Source: Candidatus Aminicenantales bacterium
GTDB lineage: Bacteria; Acidobacteriota; Aminicenantia; Aminicenantales; Saccharicenantaceae
Reading direction: 5' to 3'
Assembly: GCA_049512315.1 (NCBI GenBank)
Contig: JBEKXF010000019.1
Span: 1 to 60,564, forward strand
DNA length: 60,564 nt
The translations under genes were made by a program, and so were the position numbers. The notes under the pieces are model-generated. The model did no database searches, was not told the DNA's origin, and saw only the letters and a list, made by a program, of their open reading frames with translations. Positions 34,275-42,452 of the stretch are shown one piece after another; position 1 is the stretch's first letter; the number at the start of each line of letters is the position of its first letter.

Positions 34275-34606
34275 GCTTCGGATTCGTCCTCGGTGTCGAA
34301 TTCCACCTGGTCTTTGTCTTCGTCCTGGTCTTCGTCCCGGTCCTCATCTTCCTCGAAAGGCTTTTCGCCCTCGTCCTCTTTCCGCTCTTCCAGAGCTTCT
34401 TCGAATTCGTCGCGGTCGTCGTAGCGGCGGAGGCAGTTGGCCGCGGAGTCGCTGTAGCAGAGCTCGAGAAAGTCATCCTCGACCACGCAGAAGACGGACA
34501 TGCTGTGGTCCCTTTGGAGGTTCCCGACCGACTCGACGATCTCCGCGGCCTTGGACTTCTTGATGGCGTCGAGGGTCATCCAGCTCGTGATCTCCATCTC
34601 TTCCAT
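34268..34606 (-). CDS. Hypothetical highly acidic protein (112 aa)
   Basis: SD AGGAG, fills the mutS-clpB gap, host-like codons; about 42 of 112 residues are D/E. Confidence 0.75.
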   Translation of the reverse strand: MEEMEITSWMTLDAIKKSKAAEIVESVGNLQRDHSMSVFCVVEDDFLELCYSDSAANCLRRYDDRDEFEEALEERKEDEGEKPFEEDEDRDEDQDEDKDQVEFDTEDESEAY

Positions 34607-34741
34607 GAACAGCTCCTACCAAGAATAAATATCGATTTCTCTCCGTTTGTCAAGAGGGGAGAGAAACGCGGCCAGGCGCCTTGACAGCCCCGCGCGGAGA
34701 CGTTTAAATAGAAGGAAGAAGATTGCGCCGGGAGGCGAGCC

Positions 34742-37366
34742 ATGAGATGGGACAAATTCACGGTGATGTCGCAGGAAGCCATCCAGCGGGCCCAGGCCAG
34801 GGCCGAGGAGCTGGGGAATCCCGAAATCCGGCCCGAACACCTGCTCTGGAGCTTCCTCGGCCAGGAAGACAACATTATCAATGCCCTGCTGGCCAAGCTC
34901 GGGGCCCCGGCGGCGAGGATCCGGGCGGACGTCGAAACCGCGCTCTCCAGGATCCCAAAGGTCAAGGGCGGGGGCGAGGCCGCCATCTCTCCGGTGCTGC
35001 GGGATGTCCTCACCTTCGCCGAGAAGGAAGCGGAGAAGCTCAAGGACGAGTACGTCTCGACCGAGCATATCTTCCTCGCGATGCTCAAGGACGGGGGGCC
35101 CGACGTTGCGCGGATCCTCCGGGCGTCAGGCGTTACGGAGGACGCCGTCCTCAAGGCGCTGGCCTCGGTCCGCGGCTCCCAGCGGGTCACCGACCCGGAG
35201 CCGGAGGGGAAGTATCAGGTCCTCGAAAAATATATCCGCGACCTCACGGCCCTGGCCCGCCAGGGGAAGCTCGACCCGGTCATCGGCCGCGAGGACGAGA
35301 TCCGACGTGTCATCCAGGTCCTGTCGCGGCGGACGAAGAACAACCCCGTTCTGATCGGCGAGGCGGGCGTCGGGAAGACGGCCGTCGTCGAGGGGCTGGC
35401 CCAGCGCATCGCCAACGGCGACGTGCCGCAGTCCCTCAAGAACAAGCGGCTCCTGGCCCTCGACATCGGCGCCCTCGTCGCGGGGACCAAGTTCCGGGGC
35501 GAGTTCGAGGACCGGCTCAAGGCGATCCTGAAGGAGATCCGGGAGTCTGGCGGCGATATCGTCCTGTTCATCGACGAGCTCCACACGATCATCGGCGCCG
35601 GCGCGGCCGAGGGCGCGATCGACGCCTCGAACATGCTCAAGCCGGCCCTGGCGCGGGGCGAGCTCAGGTGCGTCGGGGCGACGACCCTCAACGAATACAA
35701 GAAGTACATCGAAAAGGACGCAGCCCTCGAGCGCCGCTTCCAGCAGGTCTACGTGGGCGAGCCGTCGGTCGAGGAGACGATCTCCATCCTCCGCGGCCTC
35801 AAGGAGAAATACGAGGTCCACCACGGCGTCAAGATCAAGGACTCGGCCCTGGTGGCCGCGGCGACGCTCTCCAACAGATACATCTCGAACCGCTATCTCC
35901 CGGACAAGGCCATTGATCTCATCGACGAGGCCGCGGCGCGGATCCGGATCCAGATCGACAGCCTGCCGGAGGAAATCGACGAGTTCGACCGCCGGAAGCT
36001 CCAGCTCGAGATCGAGCGCCAGGCCCTCCGCAAGGAGAAAGACCCCGCGGCGGCGGAGCGGCTGGAGAAGATCGAGGCCGAGCTGGCCGACATCAAGGAG
36101 CGGGCCAACGCCCTGCGGGCCCGGTGGCAGAACGAAAAGAAGGTCATCGAGGGGATGAGCCGGCTCAAGGAGCAGGGCGATGCCCTCAAAGTCGAAGGGC
36201 AGAGCGCCGAGCGGCGGGGCGACCTCGAGCGGGCGGCCGAGATCCGCTACGGCAAGCTCCCCGAGATCAAGAAGGAGACGGACCGCCTCGCCGCGGAGCT
36301 CACGCAGCTTCAAGCCAAGGGCAAGATGCTCAAGGAAGAGGTGGACGAGGAGGACGTGGCCCAGATCGTCTCCAAATGGACGGGGATCCCAGTCTCCAAG
36401 ATGCTCGAGGGCGACGTCGACCGCCTGATCCGGATGGAGGAAATCTTGGGCCGACGCGTCATCGGCCAGGAGCTGGCGATCCAGGCCGTGGCGGCGACCA
36501 TCCGCCGCTCCCGGGCCGGGATCCAGGACGCGGCCCGGCCGGTCGGGTCGTTCATCTTCCTGGGGCCGACCGGCGTCGGGAAGACCGAACTGGCCCGGGC
36601 CCTGGCCGAATTCCTGTTCAGCGACGAAAAGGCCATGGTCCGACTCGACATGTCCGAGTACATGGAAAAACACACCGTCTCGCGGCTCATCGGCGCCCCG
36701 CCGGGCTACGTCGGCTACGAGGAAGGCGGCCAGCTCACGGAGGCCGTCAAGCGGCGTCCGTATTCGCTCGTCCTCCTCGACGAGATCGAGAAGGCCCACG
36801 CGGACGTCTTCAACGTCCTCCTCCAGATCCTCGACGATGGCCGCCTGACGGACGGCAAAGGCCGGACCGTGGATTTCAAGAACACCGTCATCATCATGAC
36901 CTCAAACCTCGGCAGCCAGGTCGTCAAGGAGCTCGCCGGCGACTACGGAAAGATGGAACAGACCGTCCGGGAGATCCTCGAGGGCCATTTCAAGCCGGAA
37001 TTCCTCAACCGCGTCGACGAGGTCATCATCTTCAAACCGCTCTCCAAGGCCGACATCCTGCGCATCGTCGACCTCCAGTTGGAGCTCCTCCGGAAGCGGC
37101 TCGAGGAGAAGAAGATCGGGCTCAACGCGTCGCCGGAGGCCAAGGCGCTCCTCGCCGAGCACGGCTACGACCCGGTCTACGGCGCCCGGCCCCTCAAACG
37201 CATCATCCAGCGCGATGTTCAGAATCCGCTGGCGATGAAGATCCTCTCCGGAGAGTTTAGGGAAGGGGATGCCGTGGCCCTCGGGACCGACAAGAAAGGG
37301 GATCTCGTCTTCCGGAAGAAGCCTGGCGAGGAGAAGAAAGAAGGCGAAAAAACAAGAAATGGCTAG
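34742..37366 (+). CDS. clpB: ATP-dependent chaperone ClpB
   Basis: Two AAA modules ([16 protein letters not shown]), long coiled-coil M domain, [20 protein letters not shown]. Confidence 0.97.
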   Translation: MRWDKFTVMSQEAIQRAQARAEELGNPEIRPEHLLWSFLGQEDNIINALLAKLGAPAARIRADVETALSRIPKVKGGGEAAISPVLRDVLTFAEKEAEKLKDEYVSTEHIFLAMLKDGGPDVARILRASGVTEDAVLKALASVRGSQRVTDPEPEGKYQVLEKYIRDLTALARQGKLDPVIGREDEIRRVIQVLSRRTKNNPVLIGEAGVGKTAVVEGLAQRIANGDVPQSLKNKRLLALDIGALVAGTKFRGEFEDRLKAILKEIRESGGDIVLFIDELHTIIGAGAAEGAIDASNMLKPALARGELRCVGATTLNEYKKYIEKDAALERRFQQVYVGEPSVEETISILRGLKEKYEVHHGVKIKDSALVAAATLSNRYISNRYLPDKAIDLIDEAAARIRIQIDSLPEEIDEFDRRKLQLEIERQALRKEKDPAAAERLEKIEAELADIKERANALRARWQNEKKVIEGMSRLKEQGDALKVEGQSAERRGDLERAAEIRYGKLPEIKKETDRLAAELTQLQAKGKMLKEEVDEEDVAQIVSKWTGIPVSKMLEGDVDRLIRMEEILGRRVIGQELAIQAVAATIRRSRAGIQDAARPVGSFIFLGPTGVGKTELARALAEFLFSDEKAMVRLDMSEYMEKHTVSRLIGAPPGYVGYEEGGQLTEAVKRRPYSLVLLDEIEKAHADVFNVLLQILDDGRLTDGKGRTVDFKNTVIIMTSNLGSQVVKELAGDYGKMEQTVREILEGHFKPEFLNRVDEVIIFKPLSKADILRIVDLQLELLRKRLEEKKIGLNASPEAKALLAEHGYDPVYGARPLKRIIQRDVQNPLAMKILSGEFREGDAVALGTDKKGDLVFRKKPGEEKKEGEKTRNG

Positions 37367-37432
37367 GGACGGAATCGAACCGCCGACGCAAGGATTTTCA
37401 GTCCTTCGCTCTACCGACTGAGCTACCTAGCC
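37360..37432 (-). tRNA. tRNA-Phe (GAA), CCA not encoded
   Basis: GGCTAGGTAGCTCAGTCGGTAGAGCG-AAGGA CTGAAAA TCCTT-GCGTC-GGCGGTTCGATTCCGTC-CCTAGCCA folds as a cloverleaf. Confidence 0.96.
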
Positions 37433-37464
37433 ATGACGTCCGGGGTCCGCCGGACGGCCAAACT

Positions 37465-37493
37465 AGTATATAAATCCGGCCCCGAGAAGTCAA
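37465..37493 (-). promoter_or_regulatory. Sigma70 promoter of tRNA-Phe
   Basis: TTGACT-N17-TATACT. Confidence 0.7.
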
Positions 37494-37518
37494 TCATTCC
37501 CCCGGCCGCCGCGTCAAA

Positions 37519-37547
37519 TTGAAATGGCCCGGTCGATGTGCTATTCT
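37519..37547 (+). promoter_or_regulatory. Sigma70-type promoter of the DUF465/asd-like/yicC run
   Basis: TTGAAA-N17-TATTCT with TG extension. Confidence 0.55.
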
Positions 37548-37568
37548 GGGCCGTGGAGAATGAACCGG

Positions 37569-37790
37569 ATGAACGAACAGGAACTGAAAGAGATCCTCAC
37601 CAGGGAGAATGGCGAATTCCGGAAGGCCCTCAAAGATCACCGGACCTGCGAGACCGAGCTCGATAAAATCCGGCTGAGGACGCACGTCACCGAGGCCGAC
37701 GCCCTCCTTGAGCGCGAGCTCAAGAAAAGGAAGCTGGCCCTCAAGGACCGGATGTACCAGATCATGCTGGAGCGCGAGAAGAACCGGTAA
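37569..37790 (+). CDS. DUF465/YdcH-like small coiled-coil protein
   Basis: EFRK...H...LKKRKLALKDRM pattern; alternative start 37560. Confidence 0.7.
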   Translation: MNEQELKEILTRENGEFRKALKDHRTCETELDKIRLRTHVTEADALLERELKKRKLALKDRMYQIMLEREKNR

Positions 37791-37799
37791 GGGATCCCC

Positions 37800-38828
37800 G
37801 TGGCCGCTCCCAGAAAGACAAAATTCCGCTGCGCCGTCGTCGGCTCCGAGACCCTGAGGGGCCGAGAGATCAAGAGCGTCCTGAGCGTGAAGAAGTTCCC
37901 CCTCCAGTCCCTCGAGTTCTACGACCCCGACGTCGATGAAGAGTACAGCAAGCTGACCCAGTTCGGGGACGAGCCCAAGGTCATCCACCACCTGGACCGC
38001 AAAGCCCTGGAGGGACTGGACTTGGTCTTTCTGGCGGCGGATGCCCGGACGAACGCCGAGTACGGCGAATGCGCGGCGGCCCTCCACTACCGCGCCATCG
38101 AGCTCGCCGAAACGTTCAACGCCCGGGACGATGTCCCCCTCGTCGTAGCCGGCGTCAACGACGCTTCCATCCGGGGGAAAAAAGTCCCCCTGATCGCCAA
38201 TCCCAACCCGGTCACGATCATCCTCTCGCACCTCTTCCATGTCCTCGACCGGACGTTCGGGATCGCCAAGGCCCTGGCCTTCGTCCTCGAGCCCGTTTCG
38301 GCCTTCGCGGAAGAAGGCATCCAGGAACTCGCCGACCAGAGCTTCGCCTTCCTCAGCAGCTCACCCATGCCCAAGAAGGTCTTCCGCGACCAGGTCGCTT
38401 TCAACCTTCTCTCGCGGACGGAAAGGCCGGACCGCAACGGTTTCTCCAAGGGGGAAGCGCGCGTCCTGGCCGAGATCCGGCGGGTTCTGGCCCCGGCGGA
38501 CTTTCCCCTGTCCGTCTCCATGGTCCTGGCCCCGGTCTTCCACACCTATTCGATCATGACGTACATCGAGCTGCGGAAGGACGCCGGGATCGCCGACCTC
38601 GAGTCCTTGTTCCGCCAGACGGATACGATCAAGCTCGCTCCCGCCGAAGGGACAGGCCTCATTTCTTCCGTGAACGTGGCCGGGAAGGACAAAGTCTTCG
38701 TCGGCCAGATCAAGAAGGCGGAGACGATCCCCGGGGGATTTTGGATCTGGGCCGTGGCCGACAACCTGACCCTGGGTTCAGCCCTCAACGCCTACGAGAT
38801 CGCCCGGTCGCTGTTCAAAATATCCTGA
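37800..38828 (+). CDS. Aspartate-semialdehyde dehydrogenase-like protein lacking catalytic residues
   Basis: VPLVVAGVN, IANPNP, QVAFNL, PVFH, WAVADNL..GSALNA match the Asd fold; catalytic Cys and His replaced. Confidence 0.8.
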   Translation: MAAPRKTKFRCAVVGSETLRGREIKSVLSVKKFPLQSLEFYDPDVDEEYSKLTQFGDEPKVIHHLDRKALEGLDLVFLAADARTNAEYGECAAALHYRAIELAETFNARDDVPLVVAGVNDASIRGKKVPLIANPNPVTIILSHLFHVLDRTFGIAKALAFVLEPVSAFAEEGIQELADQSFAFLSSSPMPKKVFRDQVAFNLLSRTERPDRNGFSKGEARVLAEIRRVLAPADFPLSVSMVLAPVFHTYSIMTYIELRKDAGIADLESLFRQTDTIKLAPAEGTGLISSVNVAGKDKVFVGQIKKAETIPGGFWIWAVADNLTLGSALNAYEIARSLFKIS

Positions 38829-38846
38829 AGACGAGGAGCTCATCCG

Positions 38847-39725
38847 ATGATCCATGGCATGACGGGTTTCGCCGAAAAAAGCTTCACCTCGAGGTCGCTC
38901 CGGCTGAGGATCAGCATCAAGACGCTGAACCACCGCTTTTTCGACTGGTCGTACAAGGGCGCGCCCATCGGCGAGGCGGAAAACCGGCTCCGGGCCCTCT
39001 GCCAAAAAAAGATCCGGCGGGGCCGGGTGGAGGTCTTCCTGGAGATGGCTTCCCTCAGCCCCGCGAGCTGGAACTTTTCCATCAACGAGGGGCTCCTCGA
39101 GAAGATCCTGGCCTCCCTCGACCGCGTCTCCCGGAAAACCGGCCGGCGCCTGGAGATCTCGCTGGACAGTATTTTGCGTGTCCCCCAGCTCGTGGAGCTC
39201 AGCCGGAAGGGGCTCAGCGCCGAGGAGGTTCGGTTTCTCGAGCGGAGCTTCCTCCGGACGGCGGAGGAGGTCGTCCGGCTGCGGCGGAAAGAGGGACGGG
39301 AGACGGCCCGCGAGATCCGCGGCCACATCCGGAGGATCCGGGGCGCCGTCGCCCGGATCGAGACCCGGTTCCGGAGACAGCCGGCCCGCCTCCAGGCGAA
39401 GCTGAAGCACCGGCTCCGCGACCTCAACCACAATGCCGCCGTCTCCGAGGGGCGGCTGGCCGAGGAGGCGTCGTTCCTCACCCAGCGCTACGACCTGGCC
39501 GAGGAGATCGCCCGGCTGAAGACACACCTGGATACCCTGAAGGGACTGGTTTCGCCCCGCGGGACGGAACCCGTCGGGAAGAAGCTGGACTTCCTGGCCC
39601 AAGAGCTCTACCGGGAGGCGAACACTCTGAGCTCCAAGTCGCAGGACATCCGGATCACCAAGGAAAGCCTGGGGATCAAGAACGAGCTCGAAACGATCCG
39701 GCAGCATATTCAAAATATCGAATGA
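38847..39725 (+). CDS. yicC: YicC/YloC family endoribonuclease
   Basis: GMTGF, KTLNHRF, EEIARL, GKKLDFLAQELYREANTLSSK, QNIE. Confidence 0.9.
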   Translation: MIHGMTGFAEKSFTSRSLRLRISIKTLNHRFFDWSYKGAPIGEAENRLRALCQKKIRRGRVEVFLEMASLSPASWNFSINEGLLEKILASLDRVSRKTGRRLEISLDSILRVPQLVELSRKGLSAEEVRFLERSFLRTAEEVVRLRRKEGRETAREIRGHIRRIRGAVARIETRFRRQPARLQAKLKHRLRDLNHNAAVSEGRLAEEASFLTQRYDLAEEIARLKTHLDTLKGLVSPRGTEPVGKKLDFLAQELYREANTLSSKSQDIRITKESLGIKNELETIRQHIQNIE

Positions 39726-39839
39726 AAAATGGAATTCCCGGGACACGATGCCGAATCAAGAGATTTGGTTCATGTCCCGAATTCCCGACCTTGCATCGGG
39801 CCCCCGTCCGAGTATGATAAAGAAGAGGTGGTGACGAAC

Positions 39840-40472
39840 ATGGTTTTTGTCGTGAGCGGTCCTTCGGGCTGCGGCAAGTCGACCCTCATCGCGAAGGCCC
39901 GGCGGGACCTCGCCGACCTGGCGTTCTCGGTCTCTCACACGACACGGAAGCCACGGCCGTCGGAGCGCGACGGCGTCGAGTATCGCTTCGTCTCGGAGAA
40001 GGTCTTCGCCCGGATGGTCCGGGCCGGCCGGTTCGTCGAATGGGCCCGGGTCCACGGACACCTTTACGGGACCTCGAAGGCGGAGGTCGAGCGGAAGAGC
40101 CGGGGCCATGACCTCATCCTGGATATCGACGTCCAGGGGGCCAGGCAGGTCCGGAAGAAGATCCCTTCGGCCGTGTTCGTTTTCATCATGCCGCCTGTCT
40201 TCGCGGAGCTCCGCCGCAGGCTGGAGCGGAGGAAAGAGGATAGCCCCGAGGACATCTCCCGGCGGCTCCGGGACGCGGCGGGAGAGATCCTCGCCTTCGC
40301 CGAGTTCGATTACGTCGTCGTCAACGATGAGCTCGAAAAGGCCGTCGGGGAGCTCAAGTCCGTCATCATTGCGGCCCGCTGCCGCAGCGCGGTCAGGGCC
40401 GGGGCGCTCAGGCCCATCCTGCGGAGCTTCGCCTCCCGGGCCCGGTCCTCGCCGAAGAAGGGGAAGCCATGA
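39840..40472 (+). CDS. gmk: Guanylate kinase
   Basis: SGPSGCGKST, SHTTRKPR, YGTS, LDIDVQGA, DYVVVND; GTG 39831 is an alternative start. Confidence 0.95.
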   Translation: MVFVVSGPSGCGKSTLIAKARRDLADLAFSVSHTTRKPRPSERDGVEYRFVSEKVFARMVRAGRFVEWARVHGHLYGTSKAEVERKSRGHDLILDIDVQGARQVRKKIPSAVFVFIMPPVFAELRRRLERRKEDSPEDISRRLRDAAGEILAFAEFDYVVVNDELEKAVGELKSVIIAARCRSAVRAGALRPILRSFASRARSSPKKGKP

Positions 40473-41662
40473 AAAAGATCGCCTTGGGAGTCTCGTCCTC
40501 GATCGGTATCTACAAGGCCTGCGAAGTCCTCCGGGGCTTCCAGAAGAACGGCTTGGAGGTCCAGGTGGTCATGACCGCGAACGCGACGCGCCTTATTTCG
40601 CCTCTCCTTTTCAGCAGCCTTTCGGGCCTCGAAACGATCGCCGGGCTCTTCGACGAGCCGGCGGCCCGGACGATCGGCCATGTTTCCCTGGCCAAGGAGA
40701 TCTCGCTCTACTGCATCGCCCCGGCCACGGCCAACGTCATCGGCAAGCTCACGGCCGGCGTCGCCGACGATTTCCTATCCACCCTGTTCCTGGCCATCCG
40801 CTGTCCCGTGCTCGTCGCCCCGGCCATGAACGAGGCCATGTATCTCCACCCCCGGACGCAGGCCAATATCGCGGCCCTCAAGGCCCTCGGCGTTGAGTTC
40901 GTGGAGCCCGACAAGGGGTATCTGGCCTGCGGGGACGAGGGTTGGGGCCGGCTCGCCGAGCCGGAGAAGATTGTCGCGGAGGGGATGGCCCTTATCGGCG
41001 GGACCGAAAGTCTGAAGGGGATGAGGGTTCTGGTCACCGCGGGGCCGACCCGGGAATTCATGGACCCGGTCCGCTTCCTCTCCAACCCCTCGTCCGGAAA
41101 AATGGGCTACGAGCTTGCCAAAGAGGCCCTTCGCCGCGGGGCCGAGGTCACGCTCGTTTCCGGGCCCACGACCCTTCTTCCGGTCGTCGGGGCGAAGATC
41201 AAAAAGGTGACGACCGCGGCCGAGATGAAGGAGGCCGTCCTCCGGGCCTTCCCGCGGGCGGACGCCGTCGTCATGGCCGCCGCCGTGTCCGACTTCCGCT
41301 TCAAGGACGTCCTTACGGAGAAGGCGAAAAAACGGGACCTTGCTGGGGCCGTCGAGATCGAACAGACCGAGGACATCCTCGCCCTCCTGGGGAAAAGGAA
41401 GAAAAACCAGGTCCTTGTCGGCTTCGCCGCGGAGACCGGGGATATGATCGGCAACGCCCGGAAGAAGATGGCCGGAAAGAGAGCGGACCTCATGGTCGCC
41501 AACCCGGTCGGAGAGGGGCTGGGTTTCGGGACGGAGGACAACGAAGTCCACATCCTCCATCCATCCGGCAAGGTCCGCTCGACGCCCCGCCTGAGCAAGC
41601 GGGAGATCAGTCGGGTGGTCTTCGACGAGATCGAGGGGGTCCTTGAAAAAAAACGCCTCTGA
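40469..41662 (+). CDS. coaBC: Phosphopantothenoylcysteine decarboxylase/synthetase
   Basis: APATAN, APAMN, LACGDEGWGR, TAGPTRE, DPVRFLSN.SSGKMG, GFAAET. Confidence 0.95.
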   Translation: MKKIALGVSSSIGIYKACEVLRGFQKNGLEVQVVMTANATRLISPLLFSSLSGLETIAGLFDEPAARTIGHVSLAKEISLYCIAPATANVIGKLTAGVADDFLSTLFLAIRCPVLVAPAMNEAMYLHPRTQANIAALKALGVEFVEPDKGYLACGDEGWGRLAEPEKIVAEGMALIGGTESLKGMRVLVTAGPTREFMDPVRFLSNPSSGKMGYELAKEALRRGAEVTLVSGPTTLLPVVGAKIKKVTTAAEMKEAVLRAFPRADAVVMAAAVSDFRFKDVLTEKAKKRDLAGAVEIEQTEDILALLGKRKKNQVLVGFAAETGDMIGNARKKMAGKRADLMVANPVGEGLGFGTEDNEVHILHPSGKVRSTPRLSKREISRVVFDEIEGVLEKKRL

Positions 41663-42452
41663 GATCCTGGCCTGCCTCCAGGACCACGTTGATTTTCTGG
41701 ATGAGGCGGGGGCCGGCTTCTGCCTGGCCGGGCCCGGACGGAGGCCGTCATCGGACGCCGGTCCGACAGCCGACGTCCCGGAGTCTCGGTCCGCGGGCCC
41801 GAGCCGGGCGGCCCCGATAGCTCCGTCCCGCCCGCCTGCCTGTCCCGCCTCGCCGGACGGTCGGGCGAGGCCGGACAGGCCGGTGGCCGACGCCCGGGAC
41901 CTCGGCGAGGTCGCGCGCCAGGTCCTCGCCTGCCGCCTCTGTCCGCTCCACAAGCTCCGGACGCGCGCCGTGCCCGGGGAAGGGAATCCGGCCGCGGAGC
42001 TGATGTTTATCGGCGAGGCCCCCGGCCGCGACGAAGACCTCCAGGGCCGGCCTTTCGTCGGCCGAGCCGGACAGCTCCTCCGGAAGATCATCGGGGCCAT
42101 GAAGTTCAGGGAGGACGAGGTCTATATTGCCAACGTCGTGAAATGCCGGCCTCCCGAAAACCGGGTCCCCCACCGGGACGAGGTCGAAACCTGCTGGCCC
42201 TACCTTGTCCGCCAGATCGAGCTCATCAAGCCCAAAGTCATCGTCTCCCTGGGTCGGACGCCGACGGAATATTTCGTCCCCGGGCGGGCCGCGATGGGAG
42301 AGCTCCGAGGAAAATTCGGGGATTATCAGGGGATCCCGGTTATGCCCACGTTCCACCCTTCTTACCTTGTCCGGAACGAGGGCGACCGGGAGCTCCGCCG
42401 CATGGTCTGGGAGGACATGCAGAAGGTGATGGCCCTCCTGGGCAGGAAATGA
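41643..42452 (+). CDS. Uracil-DNA glycosylase family 4 (Fe-S)
   Basis: CRLCPL, GEAPGRDED, PFVGRAG, KCRPPENR, FHPSY; start uncertain. Confidence 0.92.
   Translation: MKKNASEILACLQDHVDFLDEAGAGFCLAGPGRRPSSDAGPTADVPESRSAGPSRAAPIAPSRPPACPASPDGRARPDRPVADARDLGEVARQVLACRLCPLHKLRTRAVPGEGNPAAELMFIGEAPGRDEDLQGRPFVGRAGQLLRKIIGAMKFREDEVYIANVVKCRPPENRVPHRDEVETCWPYLVRQIELIKPKVIVSLGRTPTEYFVPGRAAMGELRGKFGDYQGIPVMPTFHPSYLVRNEGDRELRRMVWEDMQKVMALLGRK

Noticed and set aside
37360..37432. tRNA-Phe as an integration site of a genomic island
   Set aside because: No integrase, no duplicated tRNA 3' end noticed, and core genes on both sides
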